From IMG/VR virus record IMGVR_UViG_3300032087_006376, positions 1-64,000 of that record: DNA of 64,000 nucleotides; one strand, given 5' to 3'. Under the pieces are notes generated by a model. That model had not been told where the DNA came from and did no database searches. It worked only from the letters and a program-made list of their open reading frames with translations. Positions 48,212-57,482 of this stretch are shown one piece after another (positions within the stretch are counted from its first letter, which is position 1; each line of letters begins with the position of its first letter). Made by a program: the position numbers and the translations under genes. This stretch comes from a virus.

Positions 48212-48643
48212 ATGGTACCTCCAGAATTAATTTCTATGGCCTTTGGAAGCCTTTCTGGCTTCATATTTAAGTTTATGGCTCAAAGAGCTAAAGAGAAAGC
48301 TGAGATGCTTAAAATGGCTCTTAAAACACAACAAGCGAATGAGGACGCTCATAACGCTGCTGTTCAACGCGTATCAGTCGATGGCGGTAAGTGGGTTAGG
48401 CGACTGATAGTCGTTTCAACTTTATTCGGGGTAATTATTGCTCCATTTTTTCTCGCATTATTAAATGAACCATTATACGTACAAATAGCAGAAACAAAAA
48501 GATCATATTTGTTTGGCTTATTTGGTGGCGGAACTGATAATTATTTTGTAAGAGTTGATGGATATTTAATGATTCCAGAGGTCAGGCAAACTTTAACGGC
48601 TATAGTAGGCTTTTATTTCGGTAGTTCAGTAGTAAAATCATGA
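48212..48643 (+). CDS. Holin-like membrane protein (3TM/GTA-holin-like)
   Basis: Hydrophobic segments; C-terminal IVGFYFGSS motif typical of 3TM holins. Start moved to ATG 48212. Confidence 0.5.
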   Translation: MVPPELISMAFGSLSGFIFKFMAQRAKEKAEMLKMALKTQQANEDAHNAAVQRVSVDGGKWVRRLIVVSTLFGVIIAPFFLALLNEPLYVQIAETKRSYLFGLFGGGTDNYFVRVDGYLMIPEVRQTLTAIVGFYFGSSVVKS

Positions 48644-48900
48644 TCAAGTATATTTTTTTAACGTTAACGCTAATTTTTATTTGTTCTTGTTCTACAGTCA
48701 GAGGCTTTAAAAAAAATGATGAACGAGTATTAATTCCCAAAAGAGCTGAAGCTCAAAATAGGTTTATAAGATCTGCTGATGAAAAACCTAATCCAGAAAA
48801 GCAAGTCTTATCACCACAAGCATTCACAAAGTGGACTTTATTTTCTAGCGCAGGTAGTTTTATGATATTTCAATTCTTAAGGTGGAAACATATAGTATAA
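48640..48900 (+). CDS. Predicted lipoprotein with C-terminal hydrophobic helix (u-spanin-like architecture)
   Basis: MIKYIFLTLTLIFICS-C lipobox-like signal; C-terminal WTLFSSAGSFMIFQFL. Confidence 0.4.
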   Translation: MIKYIFLTLTLIFICSCSTVRGFKKNDERVLIPKRAEAQNRFIRSADEKPNPEKQVLSPQAFTKWTLFSSAGSFMIFQFLRWKHIV

Positions 48901-48901
48901 A

Positions 48902-50086
48902 ATGGATATATTAAGAATAACTGGAGCAAAAAGTCTTTGGCACTATTTTAAATTCACATTTTCAGCTTGTTACCGCAAACAACTGCAGGTTGAAAAAGCC
49001 AAACAACAGCAGACATTAAACGAATTAATATTAAAAGATAAACTTCTTGAAGAAACAAGTCTTATTAGTAAAGCTGATGCTAAAGGTAGAATTACTTATG
49101 CAAATGATAAGTTTTTAAAAGTTACTGGGTACACTTTAGAAGAATGTATTGGCCAAGACCACAATATTGTTAACTCAGGTCATCACCCAAAAGAAGTATG
49201 GGTAGACATGTACAAAACTGTTGTTAAAGAAAAAAAGATTTGGCATCATCCATGTGTTGTTAATAAATCTAAAGATGGCAAACTTTATTATGTTAAATCG
49301 TGGATTCAAGGTGAATTTGATTTATCAGGTAAATTAAAAGGTTTTATAAGTATTAGGCACGACATCACAAGTTTAATAAATCAACAAAAAGAAATTTCTG
49401 AAAAAAATACTTACTTAGAACATGCCGCCAAAATTCTTCGCCACGACATGCATAGCGGTATAAACACTTACATTCCAAGAGGTGTTTCTTCTTTAAAAAG
49501 AAGGTTAACTGACGAAGCTATCAAAGAGCTTAAATTAGAAGCGCCATTAAAACTAATACAAGAAGGACTAACTCACACTCAAAAAGTCTATAAAGGCGTT
49601 TATGAATTTAGTAATTTAGTTAGACAAGATAATGAACTAAACAAAGAAAAAGTAGATTTAAAGGCTATACTTTTAGATTATTTATCTAGCACGTCTTATG
49701 CTGATCAAGTTTTGATTAACGACCTACCCACAATGCCAGTGAATGAAGCTTTATTTTGTACTGCAATAGATAATTTAATTCGAAATGGCTTAAAATACAA
49801 CGATTCTGACACTAAGAAAGTAGAAATATTCTATAGTAAAAGTACTCACGATCTTTTCATAGAAGACAACGGTAGAGGTTTAACTCAGAAAGATTTAGAA
49901 TTCTTAATGAAACCTTATACCAGAAAAGCTGATCAAAAAGAATCCGGTTCTGGTTTAGGATTAAATATATGTATAGCTATCTTAGAACAACACAATTTTA
50001 AAGTTTCATGCGAAAAGCTTCCGGCACCTTATACAGGCACAAGATTTAAAATAGATCTAGGAAAAATTTCAGAATATAAAATTTAA
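48902..50086 (+). CDS. Soluble PAS-domain sensor histidine kinase
   Basis: PAS (ITYANDKF..VTGY..EECIGQDHNIVNSG.H); H-box ILRHDMH; N-box NLIRNGLKYN; EDNGRG; GSGLGL. Confidence 0.92.
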   Translation: MDILRITGAKSLWHYFKFTFSACYRKQLQVEKAKQQQTLNELILKDKLLEETSLISKADAKGRITYANDKFLKVTGYTLEECIGQDHNIVNSGHHPKEVWVDMYKTVVKEKKIWHHPCVVNKSKDGKLYYVKSWIQGEFDLSGKLKGFISIRHDITSLINQQKEISEKNTYLEHAAKILRHDMHSGINTYIPRGVSSLKRRLTDEAIKELKLEAPLKLIQEGLTHTQKVYKGVYEFSNLVRQDNELNKEKVDLKAILLDYLSSTSYADQVLINDLPTMPVNEALFCTAIDNLIRNGLKYNDSDTKKVEIFYSKSTHDLFIEDNGRGLTQKDLEFLMKPYTRKADQKESGSGLGLNICIAILEQHNFKVSCEKLPAPYTGTRFKIDLGKISEYKI

Positions 50087-50087
50087 A

Positions 50088-50093
50088 GTGTAA
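50088..50093 (+). promoter_or_regulatory. GTGTA(A/T) phage promoter-like motif
   Basis: GTGTAA 18 nt before the receiver gene ATG. Confidence 0.45.
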
Positions 50094-50111
50094 TAAATAA
50101 AAAGGTTTAAG

Positions 50112-50543
50112 ATGATAGATTCGATTTTATTAGTAGATGACGAAAATTTATTTCATTTGGTTTTTGAAGACGCTTGCAGTCTCTTAGATATAACTTTGAA
50201 TTTAAAAGCTTTAAGTAGCGCAGATCATGCTGAAGATTATTTTGCTAATCTTGTTAAAGAAAATAAAATTAAACCGGATTGTATATTTGTTGACTTAAAC
50301 ATTATTGGGTCTAGTTTTGACGGCATAGAACTAGTAAGAAGAATTAACTTCGAACACGGGGATGGGGTCGTAATTGGCATTATATCTAGCTCTGATGACG
50401 AGCAAGAACAAGCCAAAGCCTTAAAAGCTGGTGCTCAATTCTGGATTATCAAATCAGATGAAATCGAACCTCGACTAGAAGATTTCACTAAAGATTTCGA
50501 TGGGTATAAATCGAGAACAGCTCCTTTTAAGGTTTATAAATGA
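50112..50543 (+). CDS. Single-domain response regulator (receiver only)
   Basis: LLVDDE; FVDLN phospho-Asp; ISSS; AQFWIIK. Confidence 0.9.
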   Translation: MIDSILLVDDENLFHLVFEDACSLLDITLNLKALSSADHAEDYFANLVKENKIKPDCIFVDLNIIGSSFDGIELVRRINFEHGDGVVIGIISSSDDEQEQAKALKAGAQFWIIKSDEIEPRLEDFTKDFDGYKSRTAPFKVYK

Positions 50544-51118
50544 TACGTTTTAGTGATGACTTAAAAAAAGAATTAATACAATTAGCCGCCGAAAAAGAAA
50601 TTTTTCTGGAGGGTAATATCACTAAAATTATCGATACAGACGGTCACGCAGAGTTTCACTCCTACATTCAGTCAGCAATAAATAGAGACAGAGAAAACAG
50701 AAAAAAACGTCTCGAAATTACAAAAACCATTCAAGAGCAAAATAAAGCTCTAATGGAATGGAAATCCCACAACGAAGAATTGAATAAAGAACTTCAATTA
50801 GCTTTAGCAGAGTCTGAAAAAGCTAAACAACTTGCAGAAAATGATTTAGACGTATTGCAAAAAAAAACGCAAAACGAATTAGTTGGTTCGATTGTGAAAG
50901 TTGCACTATGGATTATATGCGGGGTTGGGACAATAACTTCAATTCTTTTCGCTCTTACTTTATTCACGGGTTTAGAAAACAAAACCGTGGAATCTTCTTG
51001 GAGCAACATGTTCAGCATTCTCTTAACTAATAGCTTCAGCATAGTTGGCACTATTATGGGCGTTAAATATGCCGGTAACAAAGGCAGCGGTAAATGTCAA
51101 TATTGCAAAAAAAATTAA
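50540..51118 (+). CDS. Coiled-coil protein with two C-terminal transmembrane helices
   Basis: Heptad region RDRENRKK...LQKK, then two hydrophobic helices and CQYC. Confidence 0.65.
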   Translation: MIRFSDDLKKELIQLAAEKEIFLEGNITKIIDTDGHAEFHSYIQSAINRDRENRKKRLEITKTIQEQNKALMEWKSHNEELNKELQLALAESEKAKQLAENDLDVLQKKTQNELVGSIVKVALWIICGVGTITSILFALTLFTGLENKTVESSWSNMFSILLTNSFSIVGTIMGVKYAGNKGSGKCQYCKKN

Positions 51119-51144
51119 ATAAAACCGGCAAAATCGCTACCGGC

Positions 51145-51150
51145 GTGTAA
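51145..51150 (+). promoter_or_regulatory. GTGTA(A/T) phage promoter-like motif
   Basis: GTGTAA 8 nt before ATG 51159. Confidence 0.55.
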
Positions 51151-51158
51151 AGTTAGGC

Positions 51159-52760
51159 ATGGGGGAACTGCATACCATAGCCAGTAATGGTAATTTAAAT
51201 GTTATAAAGAAAGCGCTTTCTAAAGATAAAGACGCTTTTCTTGCTATTGATGAAGAAATGGGCTGGTCACCGCTTCACTACGCAGCAAATAAAAGCAAAA
51301 CTAAAATTGTAGAAGCTATTTTAGAAGCCGGAGTAGACCCAAATATTCCAAGTGTTCCTCCTCCAAAATACAAACAAAATTCTTGGAATTTAGCTATGGA
51401 GTTAGACGAAGGCAACGTCGATCCCGTTGTTTATCCTCTTGATGTTGCAGACGGACCTTCTCGAACCACTGTATTTAAAACTTTGCTGATGTATGGAGCA
51501 ACTTTTTTTGGTGATGAAATTACTTTGCATCAAGCTGTACAGTTAGATGATATGGATGAAGTTCAGGGGCTACTAGAAGATGAAAGCTTAAGGATTAACG
51601 CTAGAGATAACAGAGGCTGGATGGCAATTCATTATGCTGTAGACCTTGGAAATATGGAGATGCTTAAGGTTTTAATAGCTCATAAAGCTAATGTCAACGG
51701 CTCTACCTACGCAAAAGACGCTACAATGCATTTCAATGCTTGGGAGATAGCTAACCTTAAAAATGACGAGGTAATGCTTAAGTATTTAGAATCCAAAGGG
51801 GCTAAGCGTCACCCCGGCATACAGCAAAATCAAAGAGCTTCATTAAAAAGTCAAACTAAATTATATAACACTTCAAAATCTGACTTAAATATGTCAGCAG
51901 TTAGAGAAAAGCTCAGAGAAAGAGAAGCTTCTTTCAAAAAAGCCCCTAAAGCTCCCGAAGGGTTTCTTGGTAAACTGTTTGAAAATAAACATGATAAAGA
52001 AAAAAGATTAGCTTTAGAAGCTCTTGCTGAAAAAGAAAGATTAAAAGCGGAACAAGAAAAAAAAGAAAAACAAGAAGAACAAGAAAGAAAAAGAAAAGAA
52101 CAGCAAGTTATAAAGTGGGCCGGAGGCGTAGATCCTTTTAAATTAAAAGGTCAGTCAATAACTTATGATCAACAATGTGAGGCACACACTTATTTTATGG
52201 ATATAGTTGGCTATTCTAAAAAAAGTACAACAGAACAAAAACAAGTTTCAGACGAGTTAGTTCGCATTGTTAAAGGAACTGAAAGTTTTCAAAAAGCAGA
52301 TAAAAAAGGTAAATTAATTATTTTACCTACTGGAGACGGCATGGCTTTAGTTTTCTTTGATTCTATTCATACTGCATTTAAATGCGCTATAGATGTAGGC
52401 ATGAGGACTTACAAACACGCTCAGATAGGTTTACGTCACGGCGTTTATACTGGGCCTGTAGTACCCGTTAAAGATATCAATGATAATCCAAATGTGTCTG
52501 GTACAGGAATAAATATGGCTCAACGTTGTATGGACGCAGGAGATAATGATCATATTTTAATATCAGATCATGTTTGTCAGTATGTAAAAGAAACTTCTGT
52601 AGCGGGAATAAAATTTGAGGATTGGGGGCCGGTAGTCGTTAAGCATGGCGCTACAGTACATATGTGGACAGTGTTTGGTCCTAATTTTGGCAGACAAGAG
52701 TTTCCACACTGGAGAGGTGTTAAAAGATTAGAGTATAAAGAAGAGGAAGAAGATCAGTAA
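51159..52760 (+). CDS. Ankyrin-repeat / coiled-coil / class III nucleotidyl cyclase fusion
   Basis: GWSPLHYAA and GWMAIHYAV ankyrins; cyclase FMDIVGYS, TGDG, GINMAQR. Confidence 0.85.
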   Translation: MGELHTIASNGNLNVIKKALSKDKDAFLAIDEEMGWSPLHYAANKSKTKIVEAILEAGVDPNIPSVPPPKYKQNSWNLAMELDEGNVDPVVYPLDVADGPSRTTVFKTLLMYGATFFGDEITLHQAVQLDDMDEVQGLLEDESLRINARDNRGWMAIHYAVDLGNMEMLKVLIAHKANVNGSTYAKDATMHFNAWEIANLKNDEVMLKYLESKGAKRHPGIQQNQRASLKSQTKLYNTSKSDLNMSAVREKLREREASFKKAPKAPEGFLGKLFENKHDKEKRLALEALAEKERLKAEQEKKEKQEEQERKRKEQQVIKWAGGVDPFKLKGQSITYDQQCEAHTYFMDIVGYSKKSTTEQKQVSDELVRIVKGTESFQKADKKGKLIILPTGDGMALVFFDSIHTAFKCAIDVGMRTYKHAQIGLRHGVYTGPVVPVKDINDNPNVSGTGINMAQRCMDAGDNDHILISDHVCQYVKETSVAGIKFEDWGPVVVKHGATVHMWTVFGPNFGRQEFPHWRGVKRLEYKEEEEDQ

Positions 52761-53653
52761 AATAAAATTAAGTGCTCATCTTCTAAAGTTTTTTCAAATT
52801 CTTTTATTTGTATTTTAATATTTACCGCACTGCAATCATTTAATCCACTATAGATATTTATATTTTCTTCATCAACGACAACGTTCATTGGAAATATAAC
52901 TTCATATTGAAAAAATAGATTATTAAAACTCCCAACTCTTCTCCATTCCCATAGTGCCGTTAACAAATCAGGATCACTATATTCTCTACTTGATTCAAAA
53001 AATGGATTTACATAATACCCTATAGGGTTATTTTCTGCATCTAACCTAAGTAAACCTATGTAATATTTCATATGAAGAAAACCAAGAACTACATTGCTAT
53101 GAAACAAGGCATATTTTTTATTATTAACGGTAAAAATATTAGTGCTTAACTTTGGTTTCCCATACTGTTTTCTCCAATATTTAAAGTTTAGTTGTTTTTC
53201 TATCACCACATTCTCTTTTTCATCTATTATTGTATATGGATCTATGTGATAAATGATTTGATTCCAGTTCACGCATTGCCAATTTTTTTCAAAATGAGAT
53301 TTTTGAGTCTGGAAATGAATTATTTTCTCAGAGGTTTTATTATACTTTTTGAATTCTATGTTTTTGATTTTAGAAAAATCACTTTTATACCTTTTGCACG
53401 ATGCAAAACTAATATTTTCACTATCGATAACCCTTGCATCTTCGCACGATATTAAATATTCATCAGACAATTTATGTTTTAGTAGAATATTTTCATTGCC
53501 ATCGATGATATCACTAATAAGAACAGAATTTTCGTATTTAAATTCTCTTCTAAAAATAATAAAATCACCCAAACAAGATGGATTGAAATAATTAAATTCG
53601 CCATCAAACGTTTTTAGAATGTCAACCTCTACATTTTTTAAGTCAAAAATCAT
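52754..53653 (-). CDS. Beta-propeller glycosidase/phosphorylase-like protein (GH130-like)
   Basis: FNPS; EDARV; EKNW; VIFPM.......IYSGLND mirrors GH130 motifs. Confidence 0.5.
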   Translation of the reverse strand: MIFDLKNVEVDILKTFDGEFNYFNPSCLGDFIIFRREFKYENSVLISDIIDGNENILLKHKLSDEYLISCEDARVIDSENISFASCKRYKSDFSKIKNIEFKKYNKTSEKIIHFQTQKSHFEKNWQCVNWNQIIYHIDPYTIIDEKENVVIEKQLNFKYWRKQYGKPKLSTNIFTVNNKKYALFHSNVVLGFLHMKYYIGLLRLDAENNPIGYYVNPFFESSREYSDPDLLTALWEWRRVGSFNNLFFQYEVIFPMNVVVDEENINIYSGLNDCSAVNIKIQIKEFEKTLEDEHLILFY

Positions 53654-53656
53654 AAT

Positions 53657-53688
53657 ATAAAAAAACGGTCACCGTTTTACGATGACCG
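53657..53688 (-). terminator. Probable terminator after the outer-membrane protein gene
   Basis: CGGTCA/TGACCG and AAAACGGT/ACCGTTTT inverted repeats followed by a T tract on the minus strand. Confidence 0.55.
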
Positions 53689-53718
53689 CTGTAAGACTTT
53701 ATTATTACTTCTTTCTAA

Positions 53719-54426
53719 TTAGAAATTCCAGCGTAATCCAGCGGTGGTAACAATGTCTCCGCCAAATTCTTCTGTAGCAAAGTTATAGTTAGCGACATCA
53801 AAGCTGTTGTCAAACCAACCGACTTGGCCAAAAAGTTCCAATTTTTCCCATAAAGTTCTGGAAACGTCAACTTTTGCATTAACTGTATCATAATCAGTTA
53901 GTTGTCCGTATTCAACAGATGGGGTAAGAGTGAAAAAACCGTCGATATCGAAAGACTTCTTCAAGCCAACAATATAACCTCTTTGCGCGAAACCTTGATC
54001 AGATACATTTAAATCATGAGTTCCGATAACGTAAGGGGTGATATACTTGTTATTTAAAGAAAGCGTAATTCTTCCTTCTGTAGAATTAGCTCCCAAGGCA
54101 ACCTGATGCTGAAACACTTGAGCATCTCCCCTTAAAGAAAAACCATCAAAAAGATCAATAGCCTTTCCAATTCCTACATTGCCATGTAATTCGCCAAGTC
54201 CTTCTCCAGCATTTAGCGTAACAGCTCCAACATAAGTGTCGATGCCGTAATACTGAGTTCCAACGTCAACTCCGACAAAGCTCTGAGATCCAGTCTTTGC
54301 CAAACCATTAACGATATAGTTAGATGTGTACCCAGCATTTACGCTTGCCTTAAGCTTAGATTCACCTTCAGCCATAATATTAGCTGAAACAACAATACTT
54401 AGTAATGATAGAATAAACTTATTCAT
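53719..54426 (-). CDS. Outer-membrane beta-barrel protein (TIGR02001/TorF-like putative porin)
   Basis: Signal peptide; GYTSNYIVNG; alternating amphipathic strands; terminal GLRWNF (BAM-type C-terminal Phe). Confidence 0.7.
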   Translation of the reverse strand: MNKFILSLLSIVVSANIMAEGESKLKASVNAGYTSNYIVNGLAKTGSQSFVGVDVGTQYYGIDTYVGAVTLNAGEGLGELHGNVGIGKAIDLFDGFSLRGDAQVFQHQVALGANSTEGRITLSLNNKYITPYVIGTHDLNVSDQGFAQRGYIVGLKKSFDIDGFFTLTPSVEYGQLTDYDTVNAKVDVSRTLWEKLELFGQVGWFDNSFDVANYNFATEEFGGDIVTTAGLRWNF

Positions 54427-54438
54427 ATGTTCTGTATT

Positions 54439-54444
54439 TTACAC
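54439..54444 (-). promoter_or_regulatory. GTGTA(A/T) phage promoter-like motif
   Basis: GTGTAA on minus strand, 12 nt before ATG 54426. Confidence 0.55.
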
Positions 54445-54509
54445 TAAATCTAAAATGATTCAACTTTTTTCTTGCAAGCTAAGTAAAACCAATGTAAATT
54501 AATAAGGAA

Positions 54510-55106
54510 ATGCATAAAAATGCAGATAAAATAACAACTTTATTATTAGACGCGGCGTTTCTCCCCCACTGTTTTATCACAGGTAAAACAGCTTTTTTGC
54601 ATCTTTTGAAGGATTCTGTGCGTTGTTTTGACGCAAAAGACAATTTAATTGATAATAATTACGAATGGTTTAAGAATGAAGGTATAAATTTCTACAAAGA
54701 TCAGCCATTTTTAAGGTCAAAAGAGAGAATTTGGTTCATCCCAACCATAGCAGTATTAAAAAAGAGAACATTCTTTAATTTAAAAATAAATAAACCCAGA
54801 ACTATCAGCTTAAAAAGATTAGCTTTATTATTTAATAATACTTGTCAGATTTGTTTCGAAAAATATGATAGAAATGAATTAACTATAGAACATATTTACC
54901 CCAAATCTAAAGGCGGAATTAGAGAAATAGACAATGTTACGTTATCATGTAAATATTGCAATCAAAAAAAGAAAGATATTTACCCGTTTATGAGCGTAAA
55001 AAACACAGAGATCAAAACAGCCCCGCTTCCGTTACCAGTCTTACCAGATAAAACAGTAAAAATCAGAAAAGAGTGGAATAAATTTTTTATATACAAAAGG
55101 CTATGA
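54510..55106 (+). CDS. HNH endonuclease (McrA-like)
   Basis: CQIC...TIEHIYPKSKGG....NV..SC..CN..K. Confidence 0.85.
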   Translation: MHKNADKITTLLLDAAFLPHCFITGKTAFLHLLKDSVRCFDAKDNLIDNNYEWFKNEGINFYKDQPFLRSKERIWFIPTIAVLKKRTFFNLKINKPRTISLKRLALLFNNTCQICFEKYDRNELTIEHIYPKSKGGIREIDNVTLSCKYCNQKKKDIYPFMSVKNTEIKTAPLPLPVLPDKTVKIRKEWNKFFIYKRL

Positions 55107-56182
55107 ACGATACGATAATAACTATAGACGCCTTCGCAAACGGCGAGTATAAAAATTCTATGCTTAGAGACTGCATAAAGCAGTTCAAAAAATTTAATCT
55201 TCCTATATTTTTAATTTCTAACTCAGGTATAGATTCAGAAACTCAAGAGTTATTAGATTATTATTTTTTCGATAAAAACGATTTAAAATACACGATAGAC
55301 ATACCCCATCAAGAAATTTTTTGGTGGACAGAAAATAGTGATTTTATGTTCGAAAAAAAAGAACACTTCACTCAACCACATGGATTATCGGTATTAAAAA
55401 ATTTAAATACAACTGTTAGTTTTGTCAAACAACTTGGTTTTAAAAATTTTATTCATTTCGAATGGGATTTTTTTCCTTCAGATGAAATGATAGAAATACT
55501 AAAAAATAAAGTTGAGTCTACTATATCATCTAATAAAAAAGCTTTTTTTTATAAATCTGAAGAATATAGAGACGGCACTTCTGATGATTTAATGTTTTAC
55601 TTTTGGTTTTCTGAAATAGATTTTTGGGAAAAACATTTTGTCAATGTGGAGTCTGAAGAAAAACTGCTGCATTGGTTAAAAGAAAAACATGATATACCTA
55701 ATGCCACTCAAGCGGAAAAAGTTCTATACGCTTCATTCAAAAACGTTTTAGATGAATGCAAAATAACTGAGTTTAAAGAGTTTGAAGAAAATGTTAGAGA
55801 CACATATAGTCGCTCTAATATTATACAAAACGATTTAAATTTCGCCACATTATCTAAAGAGGGAGGCATAGCTTGTCTGGCTCCGGTATACAGGAGCGAT
55901 GAGTTAGACAAAAATACAATTTCTATTTTTTCTTGGAACCGTGGATTTCAAATCATAAATAACATTAAATACAAAATAAAATTCAAAGATAAAGAGATTG
56001 AAATAAATCATTCTGATGTTCCAATAAACTGTTATAAATATGATATAATAGATTTTACAGAAAATGATTTTCCCGTACAAGTTGAAATAGATGATATTTT
56101 TAAATTTTCCTACGAAAAATATTCAGATTTTGACGGCAATCTTTTATTTAAAGATGGAACTAAAAATTACCACACAAACTAA
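55103..56182 (+). CDS. Hypothetical protein, possibly glycosyltransferase-related
   Basis: 359 aa; FIHFEWD resembles DxD-type GT-A motifs; weak. Confidence 0.4.
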   Translation: MNDTIITIDAFANGEYKNSMLRDCIKQFKKFNLPIFLISNSGIDSETQELLDYYFFDKNDLKYTIDIPHQEIFWWTENSDFMFEKKEHFTQPHGLSVLKNLNTTVSFVKQLGFKNFIHFEWDFFPSDEMIEILKNKVESTISSNKKAFFYKSEEYRDGTSDDLMFYFWFSEIDFWEKHFVNVESEEKLLHWLKEKHDIPNATQAEKVLYASFKNVLDECKITEFKEFEENVRDTYSRSNIIQNDLNFATLSKEGGIACLAPVYRSDELDKNTISIFSWNRGFQIINNIKYKIKFKDKEIEINHSDVPINCYKYDIIDFTENDFPVQVEIDDIFKFSYEKYSDFDGNLLFKDGTKNYHTN

Positions 56183-56187
56183 AATTT

Positions 56188-56385
56188 ATGAACATATCCG
56201 AATTCGAAAGAACTAAACCTAGAGAAACTTATAAATCTATTACAGATTCAATTAAAAAATATAAAAAAATAATTGAGAGCAAACACCCGCCGATGGACGA
56301 TGAAGATGCCGTAGCAATTAGTTTGTGCGAAGAATTTATAGAAGATCTAGTGAAAATAAAAAACAATTTAATCGAAGGAAAATAA
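56188..56385 (+). CDS. Small hypothetical protein
   Basis: 65-aa ORF whose stop overlaps the next ATG. Confidence 0.55.
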   Translation: MNISEFERTKPRETYKSITDSIKKYKKIIESKHPPMDDEDAVAISLCEEFIEDLVKIKNNLIEGK

Positions 56386-57038
56386 TGGGCCAATTAAACG
56401 CAAATACACCATACATACAATGTTATATTAGAAATAAATACATCTTTGGACCGGAAGATGAAGGTTTAACCGAAGGTTATATATTTGGCTGTAAGTCGAT
56501 GATAAATCGACCAATGCATTTTCACTTTCAATGTGAGTTCGGTGCTATTTTCTGGATGATGCCAATTTCTGCTTTTTGCGATGGAAAAGATTATGACAAA
56601 CTTTCTGATGACGAACAAACAAGGCTATCATTGCTTCAGACTTGGGATTGTCAGTCAAATAATATTGCAGTAACCACGTTTGGTTTTCTTCAAAATAAAA
56701 AAGTAGATGTATTATGCCGGGACCACAAATGGAGAAGTGGTAAATATTTATTTACCATAGATGATTACGAAGGTGATTTAAATGAATTAAATATTGGTTA
56801 TTCAAATGATCAGGACAGTAAATGTTATCATTTTCTTCAGATGGATGATGGTAATTTTATGATACCTCCAAACAATCTCCTGAGATGGCACAACCCTGAT
56901 TTTATTGTCCCCTATCCTAAAGATAACATTCCTAAAATAAAACTCTTGACAGACCAGATGAGTTCAGAGTATATTGACAGAACGTACGGCAATAAACCGT
57001 ATTTCTTTTACAACGACAATTCTGAAGAAAAAACTTGA
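56385..57038 (+). CDS. Conserved hypothetical phage protein (LNAN.PY..C family)
   Basis: Start moved to ATG 56385 overlapping the upstream TAA; PISAF; LQTWDC; PNN.LRW. Confidence 0.6.
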   Translation: MGQLNANTPYIQCYIRNKYIFGPEDEGLTEGYIFGCKSMINRPMHFHFQCEFGAIFWMMPISAFCDGKDYDKLSDDEQTRLSLLQTWDCQSNNIAVTTFGFLQNKKVDVLCRDHKWRSGKYLFTIDDYEGDLNELNIGYSNDQDSKCYHFLQMDDGNFMIPPNNLLRWHNPDFIVPYPKDNIPKIKLLTDQMSSEYIDRTYGNKPYFFYNDNSEEKT

Positions 57039-57063
57039 CAAAAACATATGAGCTCATTATTGT
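57035..57063 (+). promoter_or_regulatory. Sigma70-type promoter
   Basis: TTGACA-N17-TATTGT. Confidence 0.6.
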
Positions 57064-57125
57064 GTATTGTGTTATTCATTATCGCTTCACTGTTTGTTGC
57101 GAATAAATGGGAGAACTATTAAATT

Positions 57126-57434
57126 ATGTCTACTAATAATCAATCAGATTGGAAAGAGCGAGAAGTTGGAGCTCTTTGGAAAAAAGTTAGCAGCGGAAAC
57201 AAAGCTAATTATTGCACTGGCTACATTGTTTCTGACGAACTTGGAAGCAAAGTCAAGCAACGTGTAATTATGTTCGCTAATAAAAATAAGTCAAACGAGA
57301 AATCGCCTGATTTTATTATTTATACTTCTAATGAAGTTTCGAATGAAGCTAGCCCATCTTTTCAAAAAGATGTACCTAAATCAGCTTCTACCGAAAAGCA
57401 ACACATGGAAGAAGATAGTATTCCTTCTTTGTGA
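57126..57434 (+). CDS. DUF736-like small protein
   Basis: EVGALWKK...Y.TG...F.NK.K.NEKSPDF. Confidence 0.5.
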   Translation: MSTNNQSDWKEREVGALWKKVSSGNKANYCTGYIVSDELGSKVKQRVIMFANKNKSNEKSPDFIIYTSNEVSNEASPSFQKDVPKSASTEKQHMEEDSIPSL

Positions 57435-57451
57435 CATTAGAAAAACCCAAG

Positions 57452-57482
57452 AAAAGCCCCTACAATACGTAGGGGCTTTTTA
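57452..57482 (+). terminator. Intrinsic terminator (possibly bidirectional)
   Basis: Perfect 12-bp stem AAAAGCCCCTAC/GTAGGGGCTTTT. Confidence 0.85.

Noticed and set aside
54510-55106. HNH as a homing endonuclease or restriction system
   Set aside because: It is free-standing with no interrupted gene or methylase nearby; this type is common in phages.
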